Below are positions 24,027 to 36,546 of a stretch of 64,000 nt of DNA, piece by piece. The first letter of the stretch is position 1, and each line of letters begins with the position of its first letter. This stretch comes from Squalus acanthias. Taxonomy: Eukaryota. The position numbers were made by a program, and so were the translations under genes. The DNA is taken from the NCBI GenBank assembly GCA_030390025.1, contig CM059432.1, positions 63,738,001 through 63,802,000 of the forward strand. Direction: 5' to 3'. The notes under the pieces were generated by a model that saw only the letters and a program-made list of their open reading frames with translations, made no database searches and was not told where the DNA came from.

Positions 24027-27000
24027 TTGAAGGCCTCAGATTCTCCCAAAAGCAAACACGTCTGCAGGAGATGTCTCCATCTCGAATCTCTCCGGCTCAG
24101 AGTCATTGAGCTGGAGTGCGAGTTGGAGACACTCCAACACATAAGGGAGGGGGAGGATTTTCTGGACAGTTTCATCCAGAATACAGTCACACCCCAGAGG
24201 AAAGCACAGATTCAGGAATGGGAGGGTGTGACTGTTAGGGAGCCGGGTAGCGGGGATTTACGAGAGATTGAGAAGGAGGTCTCGCAGACACTGGTCCTGT
24301 CCAACAGGAACGATGTACTCGCTACCTGTGAGGACAAGGAGAAAGACTGCAGGGAGGACAGCCATAATGCAGACCAAAGCACCGTGGCTCAGAAGGCTGT
24401 CCAAGGGGAGGGAAGAGCAGAAGAGAAATGTGGTAGTAATAGGGCACTCAATAATTAGGGGGATAGATAGCGTCCTCTACAGCCAAGAACGAGAATCCTG
24501 AAGGGTGTGTTGCCAGGGTAAGGGATATCTCAGGGCAGCTGGAGAGGAACTTGGAAAGGGAGGGGGTAAATTCAGTTGTCATGGCCCATGTTGGAACAAA
24601 CAACATAGGTAGGAATAGGGAGGAGATCCTGCTGAAAGAGTTTCAGCAGTTAGGCTCTAATTAAAAAGCAGGACCTCGAGGATAATAATCTCTGGATTAT
24701 TGCCCGAGCCACATGCAAATTGGCATAGAAGCAGACAGATCAGGAGAATTAACACGTGGCTAAAGGGCTGGTGTGGGAAAGAGAGGTTCCTTTTCATGGG
24801 ACACTGGCGCCAGTTCTGGGACAGGAAGGAGATGTACCGATGGGACGGGCTCCACCTGAACCGGGATGGGACACGTGTCCTAGCGGAAAGGGTAAATAGG
24901 GAGGTGGCAAAGGCTTTAACCTAGTAAGAAGTGGGGAGGGATCTACAAGAAATGTAAGCAGTCAAAATATAAACAAAACAGGAAAAGTGAGCATAGGAAA
25001 GAATAAAGTAAGGGAGCACATTGATGGCAAGGGAGCAAATAGAGTTATAGAACAGGAGTCTAAAAAGATGGTTAAACATAAAGTCAGAGGAAATCCTATT
25101 AAAAATGAGTTAAACTGTCTGTACAGCAATGCACACAGTGTCCGTAATAAAACAGGGGAGCTGGTGGCAATCATGCATTGGGAGGAACCAGACATAGTAG
25201 GAATTACTGAGACATGGCTACAGAAAAATCAGGACTGGGAATTAAACATTGCAGGGTATAACATATTTAGAAAAGATAGAGAGGGAAAAGGGGGAGGTGG
25301 GGCAGCTTTACTTATGAGGGATAACATAATGGCAGTAGAAAAAAGGATGTAGATATCAGCAAGACAAAAATAGAATCCATATGGATAGAGATAAAAGATA
25401 ATAAAGGATCAATCACACTAATAGGCATAGTCTACGGACCACCTAATAGTGGAAGGGAGGTGGAGGAAGAAATATACAGAAAATTAACAAAATGAGTAAA
25501 AAACATAGAATAATAATCATGGGGGATTTCAACTACTAATTGGACAGAAGAGGTAGGTAAAGGGGATAAGGGAATGGAGTTCCTACAATGTCTACAGGAC
25601 TCCTTTCTAACCCAATATGCAAAAACCCCAACAAGGGAGGATTCGCAATTGGATCTAGTTATGGGGAATGAGCCAGAGCAGATAAGAGAAGTAAAAGTAG
25701 GGGAACATATAGGCAATAGTGACCGTAATATAATATGCTTTAAGATGATAAGAGAAGGACATAAGTATGACAAAAACCAGGTTAATAGATTGGAGAAAAG
25801 CTGATTTTGAGGGGCTGAGAATAGAACTTGGGAAGATAAAATGGGCAACAATATTGGCAAACAATGATGTAGAACGACAATGGGAAATATTTAAAACGGA
25901 GTTCAACAGAGTGCAGGAAAAATATATTCCGCTAAAAGGAAAGAACAAACTAAACACTAATGAGACTCCATGAATGAATAAAGACATCAGGGAACAATTG
26001 AGGGTAAGAAAAGAGGCATACATTAAATACATAGACAGCAGGGGAGTGCATGATAAGAGAAAATACAAAGGGATTAAGAGATAAGTCAAAAAAAAATTAG
26101 GAAGGCAAAGAGGAACTATGAAATTAAATTATCAAGGAACATAAAACAAAATAGTAAAATATTTTACAGGCATATCAATAAAAAAAGGAAGGTTGGGATG
26201 GGAATAGGGCCATTAAGGGATAGATAGGACAATACCATAGGTAACGATAGGGAGATGGCAGAAATATTAAATAATTATTTTGCTTCGGTGTTTACCAGGG
26301 AGATAGAACAGGTGGACATGACATTGGATGATGAGATGAGTAATGAGATAAGTGCATTTAAAATAAAAAAAGGGGATATATTAAATAAAATAATCAAACT
26401 CAAAGAGGATAAAACCCCTGGTCCAGATGGATTGCATCCACGCATTTTAAAAGAATCTAAGGAAGAGATAGCAGAGGCATTACTACACATATTTAACAAT
26501 TCGTTAGAAAAAGGTGTAGTGCCAGAGGACTGGCGGATAGCTAACGTATTACTGATATTTAAGAAGGGGGATAGAACATGTCCAGGGAATTATAGACCAG
26601 TCCGCTTAACATTGGTGGTAGCAAAAATAATGGAATCCCTACTAAAGGAGAAAATAGAAGAACATCTAGAAATGAAAAGTATAATAATGAATAGTCAGCA
26701 TGGATTTCAAAAGTGAAAATCTTGCTTGACCAACCTTATTGAATTTTTTGAAGGGGTAACAGAGAGTAGACAATGGTAATGCATTAGATGTAATTTATCT
26801 AGATTTTCAAAAGGCCTTCGATAAGGTACCCCATAATAGACTAATGAATAAGGTCAGAGACTGCGGAGTCAGGGGACAAGTAGCAGAATGGATTGCTAGC
26901 TGGCTACAAGACAGAAAGCAGAGAGTGGGAGTAAAGGGTAGCTATTCACAGTGGCAGAAGTTGGGTAGTGGTGTTCCACAAGGATTAGTGCTGGGACCAC

Positions 27001-28000
27001 GGCTGTTCACAATTTACATTAACGATTTAGACTTTGGAATCAAAAACACAATTTCTAAATTTGTGGATGATACCAAATTGGGGGGGATAGTCAATACTGA
27101 GGAGGACTGCAACAAATTACAGGAGGACATTAATAAACTTGCAGAATGGGCATATAATTGCCAAATGAAGTTCAACACAGATAAATGCGAGGTATTATGT
27201 TTTGGTATGAAGAATAGGGAGGCTACTTATCACTTGGAGGGTGCAAGTCTAGGTGAGGTAGAGGAACAAAGGGATTTCGGAGTACAAATACACAAATCAC
27301 TAAAAGTTGTGCCACAGGTTAGCAAGGCCATAAAAAAAAGCAAACCAAGTACTAGGGTTTATTTCTAGAGGGATAGAATTGAAAAGTAGGGAAGTTATGC
27401 TAAACCTGTATCGAACCTTGGTTAGACCACACTTGGACTACTGTGTACAGTTCTGACCGCCATATTATAAAAAGGATATAGAGGCACTGGAGAGGGTGCA
27501 GAGAAGATTTACAAGGATGATACCAGAAATATGAGGGTATACATATCAGGAAAGGATGAACAGGCTGGGTCTCTTTTCTCTTGAAAAAAGAAGGCTGAGG
27601 AGTGACCTAATTGAGGTCTTTAAAATTATGAAAGATTTTGATAGAGTGGATACAGAGGGAATGTTTCCACTTGTGGGGAATAGCATAACTAGAGGCCATC
27701 AATATAAGATAGTCACCAAGAAATCCAATAGGGCATTCAGAAGAAACTTCTTTACCCAAAGAGTGGTGAGTACGTGGAACTCGCTACCAAAGGGAGTGGT
27801 TGAAGTGAATAGTATAGATGCATTTAAGGGAAGGCTGGACAAGCATATGAGGGAGAAGGGAATAGAGAGTTACGCTGATAGATTTAGATGAGGAAAGATG
27901 GGAGGAGACGCGAGTGGAGTATAAACGCCAGCATGGACTGGTTGGGCCGAATTGCCTGTTTCTGTGCCGTATATCCTATATAATCCTATGTAATCCTATA
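24027..28000 (+). mobile_element. Near full-length decayed CR1 LINE (ORF1 Zn-finger/zipper + SGNH esterase; ORF2 EN+RT with many stops and frameshifts)
   Basis: ORF1: HVCRRCLHL...LRVIELECELETL, VVIGHSIIRG, WDGLHLN. ORF2: GITETWL, GVPQG, KFVDDTKL. (ATCCTATGTA)n tail at about 27971-28000. Confidence 0.95.
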
Positions 28001-28094
28001 ATGCAATAATCAGCAACACCTACACTGTGTGTTTTTTTGAGGTTCTAGTTCTGTGGATTATTGACTTCAAACTGAGGGATAGAGGGGATATATA

Positions 28095-28938
28095 GGGCTG
28101 GATTTTAAAACTGGGGACGGGATGGAGGCAGGGCTCCCACTTTTTGGGTTGTAGTCCCGCCTCCATTGACTTGTGGCCAACCCACTATATTTTCACTTGA
28201 TTGACCTTGTTGAGCCCGCCCAGTGGGCTCAGCAGGCCAATTAAGGGCCACCCGGCAACAGGTGACGTCACAGATTGACATTTCATCTGTCAAGAGCTTT
28301 TGCCAGATGAAATATCAGCATTTGACAGCTCTTTGAAGCTATCAAACACTGACAATCTGTACTCTAAGTTAATTCCTTCCTCTCAGGCTGATTTAGAGAT
28401 CTCTGCAGAACAAAAAGCAGAGGCTGCAGCTTTTGACAGCTCAACAGCCATTCTGCTTTCTGTGCCAGTGAGATTTCTGACTCCTGAGACCTGAAGGGCT
28501 GACACCTGCAGAAGGAAGTTAAGGTAAGTAAAACTTTTTTCCACACTTTACACTTACCTTACACACTTACCTCTGCACACATGCACCCATCACTCATCTG
28601 CCCACCGGACATATCGACCTCTCCAACCCCTGCAGACCCACGGTCCGCCTCGCTGAAATGGCATGGTTGGGACCTGTCGAAGAGCCCACATTTCAGGCAT
28701 AAAAATAGGGATTCGGCAAAAAACTGCCTGTTAACTACCTGTTAACAGGCAGTTTATGGCCACTAATCCCCTTCCCGCCTCGGGGAGGCGGATCCCAGCA
28801 CAGGTCGGGTACCCGCCTCCAGCGAAACTGGAATGGAGGCGGGTTGGGGGCGGGATGGAGTCGGGACCCCCGATTCAGCTATTTTCAATCCAGTCCCGCC
28901 TCCAAACCCGCCTCCATGGCTCAATGAAAATTCTGCCC
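28095..28938. mobile_element. Harbinger-type MITE
   Basis: TIR GGGCTGGATTTT / AAAATTCTGCCC; 3-bp TSD ATA. Confidence 0.85.
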
Positions 28939-29237
28939 ATAATGTCTGATATGTGGGTTTGCTTGGATTGCCTCGTCCTTCAATGGCAATTTCCGTTGGA
29001 CACATGTTACGTTATGGTGATGAACTGGTACCTGAGTTTTGCCTCCTATCTTTATACTTCCTCTCTTGGGTCATAAGGAGAGCGATGTTTGTGTGACGGG
29101 GCATTCAGTCATTCCTACCATCATGCTGATTGCCGTGGTCGTCACACAATATCTTCTTTGCCTTTATACGCGCAGTTCATTCTTCCCTTCTCCAAAAATT
29201 CCAAGCCCATTTTACAGCTTGGGGAATCATCATAATA

Positions 29238-32200
29238 AGAGGGCTTTAAACTAAATAGTGAGGGCAGGGGAGGGTCCAGGTGAGCGGGAATTTAAAAAGT
29301 CAATGAGAAATGAGAAAACAATAGAGCAGGATAGAGATGGGGGAAATAATAACCAGAGTGTGACAGGAAGGGACAGAATGTTTAAAAATAAGAGTGCAAC
29401 AGAAAATGGAGCCAAAACAAGTGAAAATGGTAAAAAGACAAAGTTAAAAGCACTATATCTGAATGCACGCAGCATTTGTAACGAGATAGATGAGTTGACG
29501 GCACAAATAGATACAAATGGGTATGATCTGATCGCCATTACAGAGACGTGGTTGCAAGGTGACCAGGGCTGGGAACTGAATATTCCAGGGTATTTGACAG
29601 TTTGGAAGGATAGAGAGAAAGGAAAGGGAGTTGGGCTGGCTTTGTTGGTAAAGGATGGGATCAGTGCAGTGGTGAGAAGTGATATTGGCCCAGAAGATCA
29701 AGATGTAGAATCGGTTTGGGTGGAGATAAAAAATAATACGGGGAAATAGTCTCTGGTGGGTGTAGTCTACAGGCCCCCGAACAGTAGCAATACTGTTGGA
29801 CAGAGTGTAAATCATCAAATAATGGAGGCCTGTAAAAAAGGTACGGTAATAATCATGGGTGATTTTAATCTCCATATTGATTGGACAAATCAAATTGGCC
29901 ATGGTAGCCTTGAGAAGGAGTTCATAGAATGTATCCAGGATGGTTTCCTAGAACAGTATGTAATGGAACCAACCAGGGAGCAGGCTATCTTGGATCTGGT
30001 ACTGTGTAATGAGACAGAATTAATAAATGATCTCATAGTAAAGGATCCACTAGGAAAGAGTGATCATAGCATGGTTGAATTTCAAATTCAGTTGGAGGGT
30101 GAGAAAGTTGTATCTCAAACCAGTGTCCTGATCTTAAACAAAGGCAATTACAATGGCATGAGGGCAGAACTGGCTAAAGTGGACTGGAAAAATAAATTAA
30201 AGGGTAAAACAGTTGAAATGCAGTGGCGGACATTTAAGGAGATATTTCATAACTCTCAACAAAAATATATTCCAGTGAGAAAGAAAGATTTTAAGAGAAG
30301 GGAGCACTATCTGTGACTAACTAAGGAAGTAAAGGATGGTATCAAATTGAAAACAAAGGCATACAATGTTGCCAAGATTGGTGGGAGGCCAGAGGATTGG
30401 GAAATTTTTAAAACCAGCAAAGGATGACTAAAATAATAATAAAGAGAGAGAAGATGAATTATGAGAGTAAACTGGCAAGAAATATTAAAACAGATAGTAA
30501 GAGCTTCTACAGGTATATAAAAAGGAAGAGAGTAGCTAAAGTAAACGTTGGTCCTTTAGAGAATGAGACTGGGGAATTAATAATGGGGAATGGGGAAACG
30601 GCAGAGACTCTGAAAAAATATTTTGTATCTGTCTTCACGGTAGAAGACACTAACAACATCCCAATAATGGATAATCAAGGGGCCACAGGAGGGGGGAACT
30701 AAAGACAATCACTATCACTAAGGAAAAAGTACTTGGTAAAATAATGGGACTAAAAGACGACAAGTCTCCTGAACCAGATGGCCTGCATACCAGGGTCTTA
30801 AAAGAAGTGGCTGCAGAGATAGTGGATGCATTGGTTGCAATATACCAAAATTCCCTGGACTCTGGAGAGGTCCCAGCAGATTCAAAAACTGCGAATGTAA
30901 CACCCCTATTTAAGAAAGGAGGGAGACAGAAAGCAGGAAACTATAGAACAGTTAGCCTAACATCTGTCGTTGGAAAATGCTGGCGTCCTTCATTAAGGAA
31001 GCAGTAGCAGGGCATTTGGAAAATTATAATGCAGACAAGCAGAGTCAGCATGGTTTTATGAAAGGGAAATCATGTTTAACAAATTTGCTGGAGTTCTTTG
31101 AGGATGTAATGAGTAGGGTGGACAAAGGTGAGCCAGTGGATGTGGTGTATTTGGATTTCCAGAAGGCATTCGATAAGGTGGCACATAAAAGGTTACTGCA
31201 TAAGATATGAGCTCACGGAGTTGGGGGTAATATATTAGCATGGATAGAGAATTGGCTAACTAACAGAAAGCAGAGAGTCGAGATAAATGGGTCATTTTCC
31301 GGTTGGCAAACGGTAACTAGTGAGGTGCCACAGGGATCGGTGCTGGGGCCTCAACTATTTACAATCTACATTATTGACTTGGATGAAGGGACCGAGTGTA
31401 ATGTAGCCAAGTTTGCGGATGATACAAAGATGGGTGGAAAGCAAGTTGTGCAGAGGACTCAAAGAATCTGCAAAGGGATATAGACAGGCTAAGTGAGTGG
31501 GCAAACATTTGGCAGATGGAGTATAATGTGGGAAAGTGCGAGGTTATCCACTTTGGCAGGAAAAATAAAAAAGCAAATTATTATTTAAATGGAGAGAGAT
31601 TACAAAATGCTACAGTTCAGAGGGACCTGGGGGTCCTTGCGCATGAAACACAAAAAGTTAGCATGCAGGTACAGCAAGTAATCAAAAAGGCAAATGGAAT
31701 GTTGGCCTTTATTGCAAGGGGGTTGGAGTATAAAGGCAGGGAAGTCCTGCTGCAACTGTACAGGTTATTGGTGAGACCACACCTTGAGTACTGCGTACAG
31801 TTTTGGTCTCCTTATTTAAGAAAGGATATACTTGCATTGGAGGCAGTTCAGAGACGATTCACTAGGTTAATTCCAGAGATGAGGGGGTTGACTTATGAAG
31901 AAAGGTTGAGGAGGTTGGGCCTATACTCATTGGAATTTAGAAGAATGAGAGGTGATCTTATTGAAACATATAAGATACTGAGGGGGCTCGACAAGGTAGA
32001 TGCAGAGAGGATGTTTCCCCTCGTGGGGAAATCTAGAACTCGGGGGCATAGTTTCAGAATACAGGGTCGCCCTTTTAGAACTGAGATGAGGAGGAATTTA
32101 TTCTCTCAGAGGGTCATAAATCTGTGGAATTCTCTGCCCCAGAGAGCTGTGGAGGCTGGGTCATTAAATACATTTAAGGTGGAGATAGACAGATTTTTGC

Positions 32201-32348
32201 AAGATAAGGGAGTGAAAGGTTATGGGGAGCGGGCAGGGAAGTGGCTTTGAGTCCAAGATCAGCCGTGATCTTATTGAATGGCGGAGAAGGCTCGAGGGGC
32301 CAAGTGGCCTATTCCTGCTCCTATTTCTTATGTTCTTATGTTCTTATG
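29238..32348 (+). mobile_element. CR1 LINE, whole ORF2 region, decayed
   Basis: YLNARS, AITETWL, GDFN, KSDH, YLDFQKAFDKV, FADD motifs; (TTCTTATG)n tail ending at 32348. Confidence 0.95.
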
Positions 32349-32412
32349 ATGCTGGAAATCTGAAATAAAAACAGAAAATGCTGTGCTCAGCAGATCAGGC
32401 AGCATCTGTAGA
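32349..32412 (-). mobile_element. Penelope 3'-end fragment
   Basis: Matches the reverse complement of about 18130-18200. Confidence 0.7.
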
Positions 32413-35400
32413 GATGGAATGGTATGTTGTCTTACCACGTCACACCTACAGGTCCATGTGGTTCCTTTCAAAGTGTAACACTCCATGTCTGGTACAATCC
32501 ATGTTCTATCGTTCTTTATCAGATAGTTTGGATATCCCTTCTGTTATGTATCGGGCCTTTGTCGGAGTCTTCAATCACTCCTATTGATTCTATCTGGTAC
32601 ACCTTCCAAGGTTGACTCCCGTTCTTTGCTAGCAGGGGTAGAGTCAATACAACCGGTATGATATCTTTGTCTCCGCCCACGTCTCAGGGGGCCAAAAATG
32701 CCATTCCCATCTGGTGCATCATATTATAGTCTGTATCCGCGCTTCCTACAAACCATTTTCTCAGTTGTTCTTGGATCTTCCCCAGCTCCCGCATGAATTC
32801 TTCCGTAGACAGGAATGTATTCTGATGCTCTCTCAGGTTGTCACCCTCTTGTTGGTTCATTGTTGTCAATAATCCTTCTAGTTGTCTCCTCACAACCTCA
32901 TCATGGTCCCACACGCTCTCTATATCTATCCTGTCCATTCCTGCTAACTCTGTCGTGGCATCTGTACCTATTCTTTCCTAGCAATTCCTTTACTAATTCT
33001 CCCAGTATTTCATCTATAATCTGTGAATTCTACAAATACATTTCAACTGTATCCCAAATTTTTCTTCCACCTTTACCACATCGTGTTCTTCCTGCCCATT
33101 ATAAATGTGGTATTTGCCTTTTTTTTTACCCTCCAATTTTATTAACGCTGTTACACACATTGCCCCATCTTTAAGTGAAAGCAAGGCATGGGAGACATGA
33201 AAATGATCCCCTGGGCTTTACCAAAGGTGACAGATAGGCATTAAATACACAGGTTAAGGAACATACAATAATAAGCAAGAAAAATGGTTAGAGTTCCTGA
33301 ATTTGATTTGTAAAACACTGCTGTATGTCTCAGGATACCATGCAATAAAACCAACATTTCATATATTTTATCACCGTAAATCAGTAGCTCTGATTAGACA
33401 CCGTTCATTACATGGCACAGCATTCCTATTATTATGTAACAGCTTATCTTCTGAGCAACACTAGGGGAGATCTGCTAGTATTTTTTAATTTTACAAAGGT
33501 TTAGCAGTGATGTGAATAGGGTATAAATTACAGTGAACACCAGTTTACTTAGCTTTTTACATAGAGATCAGTATAATCCATTTCATGTCATCAGGCAGAC
33601 TGTGAATAGACCCTGATATAATGCAGTAGTCTTTTTAGTAAATCCCAAGTCATTTATCTTGACCCCTTTTTAGAGGAATCAGTACATCATTCTAGCAATG
33701 ATCCAGGGAAGGAATAACCATTGCTGGAGCCCAGCACATGTGTAGTGTACTAAGTCATTTATATCAGCAAAGAGATGGCTTTGCCATACATCCAAACAGC
33801 TTCAGCAGCATAAAGCTGGTAATTTGGTTGCAGGGAGTCAGCAGCTCACGTGCAAGGCCACTGATTTATGTTGACTGAAAAGGTCACAGTCAAAATCTGT
33901 CTTATTACTTGGCATTCCTGGTGTTTTGAGTTGGGGGGGGGGAGGGTGGAGTGGTAGGGGTGAAAAATAAATCCATAATTCTGTCCATTTTTCAGTGCCC
34001 TGTTAACTTAACAGTTAACCACTTCAGAGACAAATGTTAGCTTTTTGCATCAGGCTAAAATTGTACTTACACCAAACTTTTTGCTAAAGTTCTCAACATG
34101 ATAAATTTCAGTGGAAGCCCCGTTCACGTGCGCAGCTTTGATCTTCCGTCAAAGTTACAACGGCCATTCAGTTCTTTGAGTTAGCCAAGGTAGTCTTTCT
34201 AATTTGCAAAACAATTGCCTTGGGACATTTTACTAAGTTAAAAGGGCTATATAAATATAAGTTGTTGGCCTCACTAAATGGGAGTGTGGATCACACAATC
34301 AGGCGCGGGGGTCTGCGCACTTTCTTCAAGGTGGAACAATTTGTCCCACACTGAATCTCACAATTTGGGAGAAATCGCACTGCTGACTTGTGCACTCTGC
34401 CGCAACTGGTACTATCACTTCAAGCTCACTAACTGCAACCACCGCAATGTAGCTGTGTTGGTGCTGGTTGACTTCAGTAAAAGGGACAAAGGATGCTGTT
34501 CGGTGCTGCCCTGCTCTAGGAAACTATCAATGCTGACAGCATGTCTTCCAGGCTACAATGATTAAAAAAAGGGACAAATGTTAGACTGCTGACTTCCTGA
34601 CATGTCTTCAAAGAGCACACATTGCAAGATATTGTGTGTAATATTTGTGTGGTGTGTTTATGCCTGTGTGGGAGTGAGTGATAAGGTAACAAAACATAAG
34701 AGTAGAATATCAAGCCTGAGCTTGGGGGAGGCCTGCTGTTTCACCGTTCCTCACACCCTCCATGTTCTGATATCCTGTGATCTTCAGGGCTTGTAATTTG
34801 TGAGCCTTTCTTCAGTTAGGACTTGATAAGTTGGTTTCTTCTCCTATTGGTGGGTTGGCGGCAGAGCCGGAAAAATGCCCAACCAAGTGATTCTGCCGCT
34901 AACCTACTCCAATTTTCCCCTGGGGCCTTCATTATGTGAGCAGGGCAGGTTTGGAGAGGTAATTCAGCCACTGGGACGGAGGGAAATTCAAAGCTGCAGC
35001 ATTTAAAACTCTGCAGCCATTTAAAGGAGAACAGGTGTTTCTACGCAGCAGCAGACAGCAGTGGCAAAAATTTCTGACTGTGCAGGAATCTTGAAGGTGT
35101 CAGCACTTGAAAGGGCCTCCAGATTCTCAGACACATTTGTGGGGTAAGAACCAGTGGATTAAGAGTTGGGCACTGAGGGCTGGAAGCCTCACATAGAGCT
35201 TGGGCTGTCGGGATGGAGGTGTCAATGTAGATTACAACTACAAAGATATGTGTGTGGCAAGGCTTTCGATTGTATACTGCAACTTGACTGTGTGCCCTGC
35301 TGAGGTATGGGTATGCAATAGCTGCAAGGATAGATTTGTAAGGTGTGCACAGATTAGCCATGAATTAGCAATAAATATGGAACAGGTTGACAGGTAACAC

Positions 35401-36546
35401 TTTGTGACATGAAATCTTGCTTCACCTACCTGTTCAGTAGTCTTTTGGTGCTTTTACCTTGCCCAATTCCCAATTAGTTGCCAAGCATGCCATCCTTTCT
35501 CACATCTGTTTCTATATCATGAAACTCTGTCGTCATTGAGCTGGGTTGCCAAACTCTGCCTGACTTGGTATACTGTTATGCTTTGGAGAGGATACTCTGG
35601 GGTGCCAGCAACATGCTCACTTCACCAGACATCCATTCATCAGCCATCAAACAAGAGTTCAGGTGCAGCAACCCTTAGCCACTTGTCTACAGACTCCATC
35701 TGCTGTCTCCATATTGATTTTTCCTTCCTTTCGGCTTTTCTTATGACTTCTTCACCCTTACACATCCCCCTCCCCCCATACAACCTTTGTTAAGGCCGAC
35801 AACTTTTTGCAATCAGTTTTAAGCCTTTAAAAAGTTCACAGATTACTTATCTTCAGATTTGGCCATTTCCCTGTAACTGGCCATATTCATTTTAAATGGG
35901 AACTGAAATTTGCAAGGATTGAAAGCTTTCTTGATTTCCTTCATACCACCACGACCACCACCATCCCCCACTTCGTGTAGTCGTGGCTCCTTGCACAAGC
36001 CATCTGTGGCACAGGAAATTTTTAAAAATTATACCTATGTGTTCAGTTCACAATGTGAGTCTACCACTCTGCCAGTAGTGCAGTACTGTGTGATTTGGTT
36101 CAGGAAGCACACGTGCCAGGATCACAATATCAGCCCTTGTATGTAGGAAGACCAATTCCAACTGGTTTTTGATACCAGTCTTAGGGGGAAAAATTAGGTC
36201 GCGCCCCGTTTGGGGCGCAAATATCGTCTGGACGCAAATATTAGCGCCTGGCGCTAATTATCGCCACTGACTGGAAACTTCACTTTTACCGCCCCGGGAG
36301 GTGAGTGGAGCGCTAAATCAGGCGCTGCACACCTGTCTTAAGGCGCAAAGGCCGAGCAGTGAGGCGCTAACTCAGCGCGCGAGCGCAGCGCAGGTGCTGC
36401 CAGTTAGCGAGGGAACACAGACACACTGGCGCCGGCCAGTTCTTAAAGCGGGGGGGGGGGGCCAACTTGCTCCCCAGCCACACCCTGCTCATTGCAGCCT
36501 TGAATCTCGGCCTGGAGAGACCTGTGAATCCATTTTGCTGCCAAGG

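Larger units (their letters stand above)
28945..33170 (-). pseudogene. Decayed envelope/fusion-glycoprotein-like frame, split by a CR1 and a Penelope fragment (pieces about 32415-33170 and 28945-29237)
   Basis: Manual translation gives a helical segment (32684-32938), then VVLTLPLL...WKVYQIESIGV...YPNYLIKNDRTWIVPDMECYTLKGTTWTCRCD. Beyond the CR1 it continues as SCKM...CAYKGK-RYCVTT...ECPV...IKIGG. Confidence 0.5.
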
